In this document: positions 1 to 7,949 of the stretch, piece after piece
Position numbering within the stretch: position 1 is the stretch's first letter
Layout of the letters: the number at the start of each line of letters is the position of its first letter
IMG/VR virus record: IMGVR_UViG_3300048089_000161
Length of the DNA: 54,450 nucleotides
Origin: a virus
Reading direction: 5' to 3' (one strand)
Notes under the pieces: model-generated
Database searches by the model: none
What the model saw: only the letters and a program-made list of their open reading frames with translations
What the model was told of the DNA's origin: nothing
Program-made: the position numbers and the translations under genes

Positions 1-127
1 CCGCCCCCGAAAGTCCTCGGTCGCCGAGGGACAACTCGCCCTCGGATAGGAGAACCCCGATGCCATGGTTCGTCGTTGACGACAACGCCGACAGCCACCC
101 GAAGTTCGTCGCCGCCGGGAACGCGGC
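1..127. repeat. Terminal direct repeat, copy 1 (circular-assembly overlap)
   Basis: Sequence 1..127 (ccgcccccgaaagtcctcgg...gggaacgcggc) is identical to 54324..54450. Confidence 0.95.
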
Positions 128-983
128 GATCGGGCTGTGGGCGCGGACGGGCGCGTATGCGGCCCGGCACCTGACCGACGGCATCGTGCCCGGAGACATC
201 GCCAAGATGTACGGCTCGAAGCCACAGATCACGAAGCTCGTCGCGTCCGGGCTGTGGCACATGGCGGGGCACGACTGCGCTCACCCCAAGTGCCTGCAGC
301 CGGCTCGCGGCGACTTCACGATTCACGACTACTTGATCTACAACCCGTCGCGCCGCGACGTCCTCGTGAAGCGCGAGCGGGCCGCCGAGAAGAAGCGGCG
401 ACAGCGCTCGGGGCAGGATCCGCAGACGAATCGCGACGGATCCGGCAGCGATCCGTACGAGAATCGCGAAGGATTCGACGACGATTCGTCAACGAATGAC
501 GCGCCGAAAAATGACGGGCCCGCAGGTCAGGGCGCTGCGTCCCCAGGGGACGACTCGGGGACTCACGCGCGCGCGTTCCCCTCCCCTCCCCTCCCCTCCC
601 ACAAGGGGGGCGCAGGTAGAGAGTCGGCTGCAGGAGGTAGCGGGCGCGGTCGCGCACCTCTCTCTCTGATCGCCGCCGATTGGCAGCCGAGCGACGACGA
701 CGTGCAGGCGGCGCAACTCGCCCGCGCCGACGGCGGCCGCGAGCAGCTCACCGCGCAGCAACTCGACGCCGTCACCCGCAAGTTCAGGCAGCGGATGCTC
801 GACGACCAGGTGCAGGCGGCCGCATGGGGCGGGCGCTGGCAGCAGTGGGCCGAGAACGAGCGCACCGAGCAGCAGCCGGCCCCTGGCGGGAACGTCGTGC
901 AGTTCGGCGCCATGACCAAGAGCCAGCAGCAGCGCGCCGGCCTCGGCCGGCTGCGCGGTCGCCTGAGCGGAGACACCGCATGA
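60..983 (+). CDS. Putative replisome organizer / replication initiation DNA-binding protein
   Basis: 307-aa ORF. The N-terminus (MPWFVVDDNADSHPKF...GLWARTGAYAARHLTDGIVP) resembles phage/ICE replication-organizer N-domains. A low-complexity linker is followed by a C-terminal 'DWQPS...FRQRMLD...WQQW' DnaD-like tail. RBS ggataggag lies upstream. Confidence 0.55.
   Translation: MPWFVVDDNADSHPKFVAAGNAAIGLWARTGAYAARHLTDGIVPGDIAKMYGSKPQITKLVASGLWHMAGHDCAHPKCLQPARGDFTIHDYLIYNPSRRDVLVKRERAAEKKRRQRSGQDPQTNRDGSGSDPYENREGFDDDSSTNDAPKNDGPAGQGAASPGDDSGTHARAFPSPPLPSHKGGAGRESAAGGSGRGRAPLSLIAADWQPSDDDVQAAQLARADGGREQLTAQQLDAVTRKFRQRMLDDQVQAAAWGGRWQQWAENERTEQQPAPGGNVVQFGAMTKSQQQRAGLGRLRGRLSGDTA
541..668 (+). 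repeat. Copy A of a ~125-bp imperfect duplication, inside CDS 60..983, containing a (CCCCT)4 tract
   Basis: ggggac..ggggactcacgcgcgcgcgttcccctcccctcccctcccctcccacaaggggggcgcaggtagagag..caggaggtagcgggcg..cgcgcac aligns with 11802..11925. Confidence 0.8.
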
Positions 984-1639
984 GGGTCGACGAGGTCATC
1001 GACCTACTCGAACGGATCGCGCTCGTCGACGACCGCGTCGTGCGGGCCGACGAGGCGGAGCAAGAGGCGCAGGTCACGATGTGGGCCGCCGTGCTCCGCG
1101 ACGTGCCGCTGCAGTTCGCCGGCGAGGCGGTCGGCCGCCACTACGCCGAGAGTGCGTGGCCGGTCATGCCGAAGGACATCGCGAGCCGCTGGCGCGACCA
1201 CGTGCGCGACCGGCTCAGCCGGTCAACGGGCACGTTCGAGCCGACCGATCACCCCGACGTCGACCCCGACGACCGGTACGGCAACGGCTACGTCGCGGCG
1301 CTGCGCGCGCAGCGTGCCGCGGTCGCCGTCGGCGCCGCCGAGCCAGTCGGACTGCGCGAACTGCTGCCCGCCGTCGGCAGCCGGCTCGGCGGCGACCGAA
1401 CCGTCGAACTCGTGCCCGCGAACGACGAGTTCCGCGAGGCGAAACAGAGCCGGTTCCCGAGGCGCGAGCGGCCTGCCGGACCGCCCGAGAGGGCCGTGCA
1501 CTGCCCGGTGTGCGGATCCTCGCCGGGCCGCCCCTGCCGCCTGCCGGGAAGCGGCCGGGTCATGACCGGCACACACCCCTCACGCCGCGACGTGTACGAC
1601 GCCGCGCAGTCCACCGACAGCAAGGGAGATCAGCAGTGA
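980..1639 (+). CDS. Hypothetical protein with a C-terminal phage zinc-finger DNA-binding motif
   Basis: The ATG at 980 overlaps the upstream stop (ATGA). The C-terminus 'HCPVCGSSPGRPCRLPGSGRVMTGTHPSRR' matches the CxxC...GxxC...H..R actinophage zinc-finger pattern. The ORF-track entry 680..1639 carries an Arg-rich, non-genic N-terminal extension. Confidence 0.65.
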   Translation: MRVDEVIDLLERIALVDDRVVRADEAEQEAQVTMWAAVLRDVPLQFAGEAVGRHYAESAWPVMPKDIASRWRDHVRDRLSRSTGTFEPTDHPDVDPDDRYGNGYVAALRAQRAAVAVGAAEPVGLRELLPAVGSRLGGDRTVELVPANDEFREAKQSRFPRRERPAGPPERAVHCPVCGSSPGRPCRLPGSGRVMTGTHPSRRDVYDAAQSTDSKGDQQ

Positions 1640-1836
1640 AGCAACGTGATCCGCTGCTCGCCGAGTTGTACCCGACCGGCTCGTTCGGCGGGCCGCGGCC
1701 CGGCGTCCGCCGACCGGGCGAGCCCGACCCCGAGGGGCCGCGCCGCGGCGCCGAACTCGCCGCGGCGGTTGCCGAGATCGACCACGAGAACGGATACGGC
1801 GTGCACTTGCGCTACCGGCGGGCGGACGCCGCATGA
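1636..1836 (+). CDS. Hypothetical small protein (66 aa)
   Basis: The GTG at 1636 overlaps the upstream stop (GTGA). It lies in frame with the tail of ORF 1081..1836. Confidence 0.5.
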   Translation: MKQRDPLLAELYPTGSFGGPRPGVRRPGEPDPEGPRRGAELAAAVAEIDHENGYGVHLRYRRADAA

Positions 1837-1976
1837 CCGAGCCCGCCGCCGTCGGATACCTCGGAATCGCCGCCATGGTCACGACCGTGCTCGCCGCCGT
1901 GTTCCTCGTGGCTGCCGTCGTGTCCGCCGTCCTCGACAAGTGCGCCCCGCCAACCGACAAGGAAGTGCAGCGATGA
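1833..1976 (+). CDS. Small single-pass membrane protein (47 aa)
   Basis: ATGA overlaps at both ends. Translation is MTEPAAVGYLGIAAMVTTVLAAVFLVAAVVSAVLDKCAPPTDKEVQR. It is below the ORF-track length cutoff. Confidence 0.5.
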   Translation: MTEPAAVGYLGIAAMVTTVLAAVFLVAAVVSAVLDKCAPPTDKEVQR

Positions 1977-2563
1977 CCGACACCAAAATGACCGCCGTCG
2001 AGGCGCTGCTCGCATTCGCCCGCCGTGTCGTCGACGACGAGGCCGCTCGGGCACTGCTCGACGAGGCAACTCTCGAACTCACCGGGCGTCGGATCGTGCG
2101 CCCCGATCAGCAGCTCGTACCGTTGCGGTTCACCGTGCGGCGCCATCACGACGTGAGCGGAGTGAGCGGCGACGGGTCGGTCGCCGACGGCGTGCTGTGG
2201 CCCGACGGAACCGCCTCGGTGCGGTGGCGCGGCGAACATCCCTCGGCCGTGTTCTGGGATCGCGGCCGCGTGTCTGTGGAGTTCGTCCATGGGCACCAGG
2301 GCGCTACCGAGATCGTGCTCGTCGACCAGGACGAACAGCAGCTCGCCGCGCCCACGCCCACGGGCGCGGGCGATCGGGTGGTCGCCGCCCCGATGGTCGT
2401 CCGCCGGGTTCTCGAACACGCGCTGCGCCGCCCCGTTCCGTGCCCGAAGTGCGAGCGCACCGCGCAGTGCAGGTGCATCGCGGACCGCACCGACGCGCGG
2501 ATCGACACCGTGCTCGGCGCCCTCGCGCCGTGGCTCAACACCAGTACAGGCGAGGCGGCATGA
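1973..2563 (+). CDS. Hypothetical protein (196 aa)
   Basis: The ATG at 1973 is coupled to the upstream stop. The genic part of ORF 1646..2563 begins at MTDTKMTAVEALL. It contains one copy of the dispersed 24-nt motif (2349..2372). Confidence 0.7.
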   Translation: MTDTKMTAVEALLAFARRVVDDEAARALLDEATLELTGRRIVRPDQQLVPLRFTVRRHHDVSGVSGDGSVADGVLWPDGTASVRWRGEHPSAVFWDRGRVSVEFVHGHQGATEIVLVDQDEQQLAAPTPTGAGDRVVAAPMVVRRVLEHALRRPVPCPKCERTAQCRCIADRTDARIDTVLGALAPWLNTSTGEAA

Positions 2564-2775
2564 CCCCGTACGACTACGACAACTTTGCCGACCTCGACGA
2601 GGACGACATCGAGCGCCTGGAAGGACTCAGCGACGAGCAACTCGCCGCCGCAATCGAGGCGCTGCACGGCCCGCCGCAGCGCGACGACCCGCTCGACGTG
2701 TACGCGACGCCCGTCACCCGCAAGCGCAAGCCGTCCGGCGAGGGCCGCGAGTTGCACGACCTGCCGCCCTTGTAG
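2560..2775 (+). CDS. Hypothetical acidic protein (71 aa)
   Basis: ATGA overlap at 2560; begins MTPYDYDNFADLDEDDIERLEGLSDEQ. Confidence 0.65.
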   Translation: MTPYDYDNFADLDEDDIERLEGLSDEQLAAAIEALHGPPQRDDPLDVYATPVTRKRKPSGEGRELHDLPPL

Positions 2776-2809
2776 TCCCGCCCGTCATCCACAGATTGTG
2801 AGGAAACTT

Positions 2810-3190
2810 GTGGACAACTCGACCCCTGGGAAAAGCCCAACGCCCGAGGCGTATCAAGCGGCATGCGATGCGCTATGGGTGCACCGTGACCGCGCCAACG
2901 CGTACGAGGCCGGCCTCGACGCGATCCGTGCGTGGCGGCACAAGCTGCCGCACACCGCGGCGGCGGCCGAGTTCGCCGGCCTCGACACGATCCTCGACGC
3001 CCTCGTCGGATCCGCCTCGACGCCGCTGCACGTCCTGCGTAAGCCGGCGAGCCTGCAGGAAGCGGTCGGCGCGCACCGCGCCGTCATGCGCGAACGCAAT
3101 GCGGCGCTCGCAGCTACGCGGGCCGTGTGGGACTCGATCGAGGCTGCCGCGATGCGCCATATCGACCGGCACATGTCGGGCGGTCAGTGA
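2810..3190 (+). CDS. Hypothetical protein (126 aa)
   Basis: The GTG at 2810 is preceded by a gaggaa RBS. A GTG at 2798 is an alternative start. It lies in frame with ORF 2585..3190. Confidence 0.65.
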   Translation: MDNSTPGKSPTPEAYQAACDALWVHRDRANAYEAGLDAIRAWRHKLPHTAAAAEFAGLDTILDALVGSASTPLHVLRKPASLQEAVGAHRAVMRERNAALAATRAVWDSIEAAAMRHIDRHMSGGQ

Positions 3191-3429
3191 TGGCCGCTGA
3201 CAACAGGGCGTTCGAGGCACTCGCCGTACGGCTGCAGCTCGCAAGCGACCCCGGCTCGGTCGACATGCTGCTCGACACGTGGCTCGACTACCGCGACCGG
3301 GCGACCGAATGGGACGCCCGGCGATGGGGGTTCGATCCCGACCGTTGGTTCGAGCACGAGCGCGCCGAACTCGCAAGACGCGCCCGGCTGTACGTCGGAC
3401 CGCCGCCGATGGATGACGACGAGAGCTGA
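3190..3429 (+). CDS. Hypothetical protein (79 aa)
   Basis: The ATG at 3190 overlaps the upstream TGA (TGATG); begins MAADNRAFEALAVRLQL. Confidence 0.65.
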   Translation: MAADNRAFEALAVRLQLASDPGSVDMLLDTWLDYRDRATEWDARRWGFDPDRWFEHERAELARRARLYVGPPPMDDDES

Positions 3430-3528
3430 CACGACGGCGGGGCGCCCCAAGCCGGCAAGCACCGGGCGCCCCGTTCCCCTTCGCGGTGTGATCAGCCTAC
3501 GCCCCACGCACCACCAGGAGCGCTCACC

Positions 3529-4440
3529 ATGCAGCACACCGCCCGCACCCGAACCGTCCGCGACGATCTGCAGACCCTCGTCGATCACTGGGCCCACCTG
3601 CGCGCCCTGATCGACACCTCGCAGACCTCGGACACGTGGCCGCCCGCCATGGGTCACGCCGAGTACCTGCGCGCCCTCGACGACCACGACGCCGCCGAGG
3701 TGTCAGCCGAGCAGCAGCTCGCCGCAGCGATCGCGCACGCCCTCGATCACCCGCAGCAACTCGTCACCATCCGGCACCCAAGCGGCCAGCTCTACTACCG
3801 GTGCGCGCACTGCACCCACGTTGGCGAGGGGCTGCCGCACCCGGTGCGCGAGGACCGAGACCCGACGCAGCTCGGCGAGCGTCCGGTGCCGCTGCGCCTG
3901 CACGTCGCCGACGCGAGTCGTGCGATCGAGATCGCGATCTGTGGGCTCGCTGACTCGATCGCGGCCCGCGACGCCCTCGACCCCGCGGACTGGCACGGCC
4001 GGGACCGGGCGCAGCGCACCGTGCCGACCGCGGCCCGGTGGCTGCTTTCTCGGGTGACCGACAAACCGTGCTGCCCGACGCACGACGCCGAACAGGATCG
4101 GATCGCCCGGTTCGCGCGCGAAGCGGCCGACCGGCTCGACCGTGTCGTCGGGCTGCGGCGCGCGGCCGCGATCCTGCCGACGCCGTGCCCGTGGTGCGAC
4201 GGCGATCTGATCGCGCACACCGAGGGCGACGCGATCACGCGCGTCACATGCGGTACGGGCCTGGTCGACTGCGACGCCCCGGTGCCGTTCGACGTCGACC
4301 TGCGGGCGCGCGCGTGGTCGACGCCCGAGCAACTCGCCGCCCTGCAGCGTGAGATCAGCGAGGCGGCGCGGCGCCGGAAGCGGGCCGAGGCGCGGGCGCG
4401 GCAGCGAGCAGCGGCTCGCGCTCGGCAGGCAGCCGCATAG
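3529..4440 (+). CDS. Hypothetical protein with Cys clusters (possible zinc ribbon)
   Basis: 303-aa ORF with normal codon bias. It contains CxxC-type pairs (YYRCAHCTH; CPWCDG...CGTGLVDC) and a basic Arg/Ala-rich tail. Confidence 0.75.
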   Translation: MQHTARTRTVRDDLQTLVDHWAHLRALIDTSQTSDTWPPAMGHAEYLRALDDHDAAEVSAEQQLAAAIAHALDHPQQLVTIRHPSGQLYYRCAHCTHVGEGLPHPVREDRDPTQLGERPVPLRLHVADASRAIEIAICGLADSIAARDALDPADWHGRDRAQRTVPTAARWLLSRVTDKPCCPTHDAEQDRIARFAREAADRLDRVVGLRRAAAILPTPCPWCDGDLIAHTEGDAITRVTCGTGLVDCDAPVPFDVDLRARAWSTPEQLAALQREISEAARRRKRAEARARQRAAARARQAAA

Positions 4441-4462
4441 CCGCTTGCCCGGACACAACGGC

Positions 4463-4493
4463 GCCCCCGATCGCGATCGTCGCGGTCGGGGGC
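4463..4493. terminator. Hairpin between convergent genes (bidirectional terminator candidate)
   Basis: gcccccgatcgcg (4463-4475) pairs with cgcggtcgggggc (4481-4493) with one mismatch. Confidence 0.55.
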
Positions 4494-4514
4494 TCGTCGT
4501 TGGCAGGCGGTCGG

Positions 4515-4787
4515 CTACTGCTCGTCGCTCTGTAGGTCGGTGCGGGCGCCCGGCTGCAGCGGACGCGCATCCCAGTAGCGGCGCATTTCGTCGAGGTCCC
4601 ATTCGTCACGGGTGCTGCCGGGGCGGCGGCGCGGCTGCGGGAAGTCGTCATGCGTGCGTCGCCAGTTGTGCACGGTCTGGCGCGATACGCCGAGTTCGGC
4701 GGCGACTTCCAACATGTTCCCCAACCTCGGTTCCCCCTCGCCCGCGTCCCCTGTCCGCGGATCTTCCCGCTCTGGCATGGCGCTCAT
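4515..4787 (-). CDS. Helix-turn-helix DNA-binding protein, excisionase/MerR-like (HTH_17 type). It is a candidate Xis or a regulator of the transfer operon.
   Basis: 'MLEVAAELGVSRQTVHNWRRTHDDFPQP' is a typical excisionase-family HTH. The gene is divergent from the DUF2637/TraB operon. The true start may be the internal Met (MLEVAA). Confidence 0.65.
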   Translation of the reverse strand: MSAMPEREDPRTGDAGEGEPRLGNMLEVAAELGVSRQTVHNWRRTHDDFPQPRRRPGSTRDEWDLDEMRRYWDARPLQPGARTDLQSDEQ

Positions 4788-4802
4788 CCTGCCCTAACCT
4801 TG

Positions 4803-4841
4803 TTGACACTGTAAAGCAGGTTCACCTACCTTCGAACCTGC
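4803..4841 (+). promoter_or_regulatory. Candidate sigma70-like promoter with an overlapping inverted-repeat operator, upstream of the transfer operon
   Basis: TTGACA (4803-4808), an 18-nt spacer, then TACCTT (4827-4832). An 8-bp inverted repeat, GCAGGTTC (4816-4823) and GAACCTGC (4834-4841), brackets the -10 element. Confidence 0.45.
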
Positions 4842-4877
4842 ACAACGGAATGCCCCGGCCGGCGCCGCGAACGCCAC

Positions 4878-6182
4878 ATGGTCGGGGCGGACCGTGCCCC
4901 CAACCGTCAAGCAGAGGGCCGATCCGTGGCTGATAGTAACGGCGAGCGTCACACCGAACCCGAGCGTGACCGACCGCAGCTCACCGCGCTGCAGCGCAGG
5001 CTCGTCGCAGGCGTTGCCCTCGGCGCTGCCGTGATCTCCCTGATCGGGTTCATCGGTTCGTACGCCGCGGTTCGCACCCTCGCGGAAGCGAAGCGCTTCG
5101 GGGCGTTCGCACTGCTCTTCCCGATCGGTCTCGACGCCGGGATTCTCGTGCTGCTCGCCCTCGACATGTTGCTCACATGGCTGCGTATGCCGCTCGGGCT
5201 GCTGCGCCAAACCGCGTGGCTGCTCACCGCGGCGACGATCGCGTTCAACGGCGCGGCCGCGTGGCCCGATCCGATCGGCGTCGGCATGCACGCCGTGATC
5301 CCGGTTCTGTTCGTGGTCGTCGTCGAGGCGGCTAGGCACGCGATCGGGATCGCCGCGGACATCAGCGCCGCGAAGCACATGGAATCGGTACGCCTGTCGC
5401 GATGGCTGCTCGACCCGATCTCGACGTTCCGTCTGTGGCGGCGTATGAAGCTGTGGGAACTGCGGTCGTACGAGCAAGTGATCGCCCTCGAACAAGAGCG
5501 GCTGACCGAGCGCGCTCGGCTGCGGCACCGGTACGGGCGCAGGTGGCGCTCGAAGGCACCGTTCGAGGCCGTGCTCGCGCTGCGGCTCACCCGGTACGGG
5601 CGCCCCCTCGCCCCGGTCGTCGTCACCACCGCCCCGCCCGCCCCGCTGCCCGAGGCCGCGTACGAGGGCGGCTACGCCCCGGCATGGGACGAGGGCGCCT
5701 CAATGTTCGCCCCCGCCCCGCAGGGTGCCCTCGTGCTACTCGCCCCGCCCTCAACCACCCCCGAACAGAGCGCCCCGCAGCGCCCCGCCCCCGGCGTCGA
5801 GGGCGCCCCGGTCGAGCCCGCCCCGCCGAACGAGGGCGCCCCCGAACGCCCCGCCCCGGAACCCGAGGGCACCCTGCGGGCAGACGAGGGCGACGACCAG
5901 GGCGCCCCGGAGCGCCCCGCCGACGAGGACGAGACGCCCCGTGATGAGCAGCGTCCGCCGACCCGTGACGAGGTGAAGCGGAAGATCCGGGCGCTGTACG
6001 CCGAACTGAACGGCCGGCCCGGCGAGGGCGTGATCGTCAAGCTGCTCGAAGCCGAGGCCGAGCACGGCTACCCCTACACCTCCCGCCGGCACGCGCAGAA
6101 GCTGCGCGACGAGGTCGAGACGGCCGACCCGCGGCTGCTCGAACTCGGCTCGACGAACGTCCGCGCATTCACCGGTTCCTAG
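4878..6182 (+). CDS. DUF2637-like integral membrane protein with a Pro/Ala/Glu-rich C-terminal region (Spd/transfer-associated)
   Basis: Multi-TM N-terminus 'LVAGVALGAAVISLIGFIGSYAAV...ALLFPIGLDAGILVLLALDMLL' matches the DUF2637 pattern seen next to TraB in actinomycete plasmids and AICEs. A GTG at 4926 is an alternative start. Confidence 0.7.
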   Translation: MVGADRAPNRQAEGRSVADSNGERHTEPERDRPQLTALQRRLVAGVALGAAVISLIGFIGSYAAVRTLAEAKRFGAFALLFPIGLDAGILVLLALDMLLTWLRMPLGLLRQTAWLLTAATIAFNGAAAWPDPIGVGMHAVIPVLFVVVVEAARHAIGIAADISAAKHMESVRLSRWLLDPISTFRLWRRMKLWELRSYEQVIALEQERLTERARLRHRYGRRWRSKAPFEAVLALRLTRYGRPLAPVVVTTAPPAPLPEAAYEGGYAPAWDEGASMFAPAPQGALVLLAPPSTTPEQSAPQRPAPGVEGAPVEPAPPNEGAPERPAPEPEGTLRADEGDDQGAPERPADEDETPRDEQRPPTRDEVKRKIRALYAELNGRPGEGVIVKLLEAEAEHGYPYTSRRHAQKLRDEVETADPRLLELGSTNVRAFTGS

Positions 6183-6196
6183 GAAGGACACACCCC

Positions 6197-6346
6197 ATGA
6201 CCACGCCCAAGCGCGCATCTCGGGTCCGTATCAACCTGCTCGGCAGGCGCGGCGAGCAGCCGCTCAACCCGCCGCCCGACGAGCCCGTCGGCCCGCCCGC
6301 CTCGCGTGTCCGGATCAACCTCACCGGCAAGCGCCGAACCGGCTGA
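6197..6346 (+). CDS. Small basic protein (49 aa) with an internal duplication
   Basis: aggaagga RBS, then ATG at 6197. Translation is MTTPKRASRVRINLLGRRGEQPLNPPPDEPVGPPASRVRINLTGKRRTG, with 'SRVRINLxGxR' occurring twice. Confidence 0.45.
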   Translation: MTTPKRASRVRINLLGRRGEQPLNPPPDEPVGPPASRVRINLTGKRRTG

Positions 6347-6363
6347 CGTCACCCCGTCTGTGA

Positions 6364-6377
6364 CTACGACTGCAGTC
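6364..6377. repeat. 14-mer CTACGACTGCAGTC, copy 1, with palindromic core GACTGCAGTC. It sits in the loop/stem of hairpin 6356..6383.
   Basis: Direct reading. GTCTGTGAC (6356-6364) pairs with GTCACAGAC (6375-6383). Confidence 0.8.
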
Positions 6378-6440
6378 ACAGACGCAACCTGACCCCCTCT
6401 CACCAGCGCATAGGCGCACAGGGACACACCCGCGCACGAC

Positions 6441-6454
6441 CTACGACTGCAGTC
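6441..6454. repeat. 14-mer CTACGACTGCAGTC, copy 2. The 12-bp perfect palindrome CGACTGCAGTCG lies at 6444-6455, just upstream of the RBS of CDS 6475.
   Basis: Direct reading. It lies 77 bp downstream of copy 1. Confidence 0.8.
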
Positions 6455-6474
6455 GCAGTGAAGGAGACAGACCG

Positions 6475-7938
6475 GTGTCCGACACCGCAGCACCGCCCGC
6501 AGTGACCGAGGCCGCGCCCACACCACCCGACCCGGCGGCCGCCGCGCCGCCGCCCGCACCCGTACCTGCCCCGCACCCCGCCGAGGCCGAGCCGAAGCAG
6601 CGCACCCCGCGCCGCCGCGGCGTACCGATCGAGCCGCTCGTCATCGGCGCCGGAAACGGCACGGCGGTCATGGCGACCGCCGCCTATCAAGTGGCCGGAC
6701 CGATGGGGATCGCCGCGGCCGCAGGAACCGCCGCCGCCCTGACAGTCGGCGGGATCCTGCAGCGTCGCCGCACGGTTCGTACCCGCACAACGACCGGGGC
6801 GGGGCGCACGCGGGGCGGGGCGGCCGCCGCGAACCGAGGGCGGACTCGGGGCGGGGCGTCCGGCAGAGCGTCGGGGCGGGGCGGATCGGGGCGGGGCGGG
6901 TCCGGCCGCCGGGGCGGCGCCCTCGGGGCGGGCTCGGGGGCGGGTCGTACCCGGCGGGGCGCCCTCGGCCCGCTCGACGGCCGCGGGGCGGGGCGGCTCA
7001 AAACGCCCCAAACGCCCACGCCCACGGGCGCGGGCAGGCACCGCCGCCCCGGCAAGCACAAGAGCACGCCCTCGACCAGGACGCGCACGCCCCGCATCCG
7101 AAACCGGCTCGGCATGGTGCGCCCCGCCGCGAGCGCCGCCCGCCGCGGCATGGCCAACACAGGGCGCGCGCTGCGATCCACGGGGCGCGGCGTCGCGCGC
7201 ACCGCACGCGGCATCGGTCACATGGGGCGCTTTGCTGCCGCCCCTGCTCGCGCACTGTGGCGCAGGACCGAGGCGGCGCGACGAGCTGCTGCTCGCCGAG
7301 TCGTCCGCGCCGCGGGCGCGGTCTGGGATAGCGCCCTTGCCGGGCTCGCCGGTCTCACCGCGGCGTTGTGGCAACGCAGTTGGCGAGGCGGACTCGCCAC
7401 GTTGCGCGCCGTGTGGCAACGCCGGCGCCGCACCCGTGCCGCGCGTCAAGCGGCGAACGGTCCCGCCATGACCGGCCCGACGATCGCGTCGGCCCCGGCC
7501 CCGATCGCCCCGTACGTACGCCGCCCGACGACCGTCGGCGGTTCCCCCTCGAACACTGGAGGACGCATGACCGGCGGACATCACTTCCTTGCACCCGCAA
7601 TGGAAATGGAACGCATAGCGACGACGTACACGCCCGACGGCATGATGCAGGTCGGCCGCGACTTCGCGTCGCTGCCCGACGCCCTCGAACATGTCGCGAA
7701 CTCGATCAAGATCTCGACGGCGCGGGCCGACGCCGAGCAGCCGCTCGACCCTCGAATCGTCGACATCATGCAGCAGATCTACCTGTTGGAGATGAAGGCG
7801 GCACAGCTCGCCCGCGACCTCGCGCCCGCGTTCCGGAAGCTGCACGACCTCGACATCGCCCGCCTGCAGGCGCCGCGCAAGGGCCGACAGGGCGAGTCGC
7901 AGTGGGACGTGCGCGCGAACGCCGACGCGAGTCTCTGA
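6475..7938 (+). CDS. Spd-like (spread/transfer) protein with a Pro/Ala N-terminus, a TM segment and a Gly/Arg-rich low-complexity region
   Basis: The GTG at 6475 follows a gaaggag RBS. It has a hydrophobic stretch 'AVMATAAYQVAGPMGIAAAAGTAAALTVGGIL', a long RGG/RTR-rich region and a structured C-terminal domain. Its position directly upstream of the traB-like gene is typical of Streptomyces plasmid spd genes. Confidence 0.55.
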   Translation: MSDTAAPPAVTEAAPTPPDPAAAAPPPAPVPAPHPAEAEPKQRTPRRRGVPIEPLVIGAGNGTAVMATAAYQVAGPMGIAAAAGTAAALTVGGILQRRRTVRTRTTTGAGRTRGGAAAANRGRTRGGASGRASGRGGSGRGGSGRRGGALGAGSGAGRTRRGALGPLDGRGAGRLKTPQTPTPTGAGRHRRPGKHKSTPSTRTRTPRIRNRLGMVRPAASAARRGMANTGRALRSTGRGVARTARGIGHMGRFAAAPARALWRRTEAARRAAARRVVRAAGAVWDSALAGLAGLTAALWQRSWRGGLATLRAVWQRRRRTRAARQAANGPAMTGPTIASAPAPIAPYVRRPTTVGGSPSNTGGRMTGGHHFLAPAMEMERIATTYTPDGMMQVGRDFASLPDALEHVANSIKISTARADAEQPLDPRIVDIMQQIYLLEMKAAQLARDLAPAFRKLHDLDIARLQAPRKGRQGESQWDVRANADASL

Positions 7939-7949
7939 AAGGGCAGACA

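Noticed and set aside
7368-7949. The 5' extension of the traB-like ORF (ORF-track start at 7368).
   Set aside because: The extension fully overlaps the 3' part of the spd-like gene in another frame and translates to Arg-rich noise. The GTG at 7950 lies just after the upstream stop, and the TM helices begin there.
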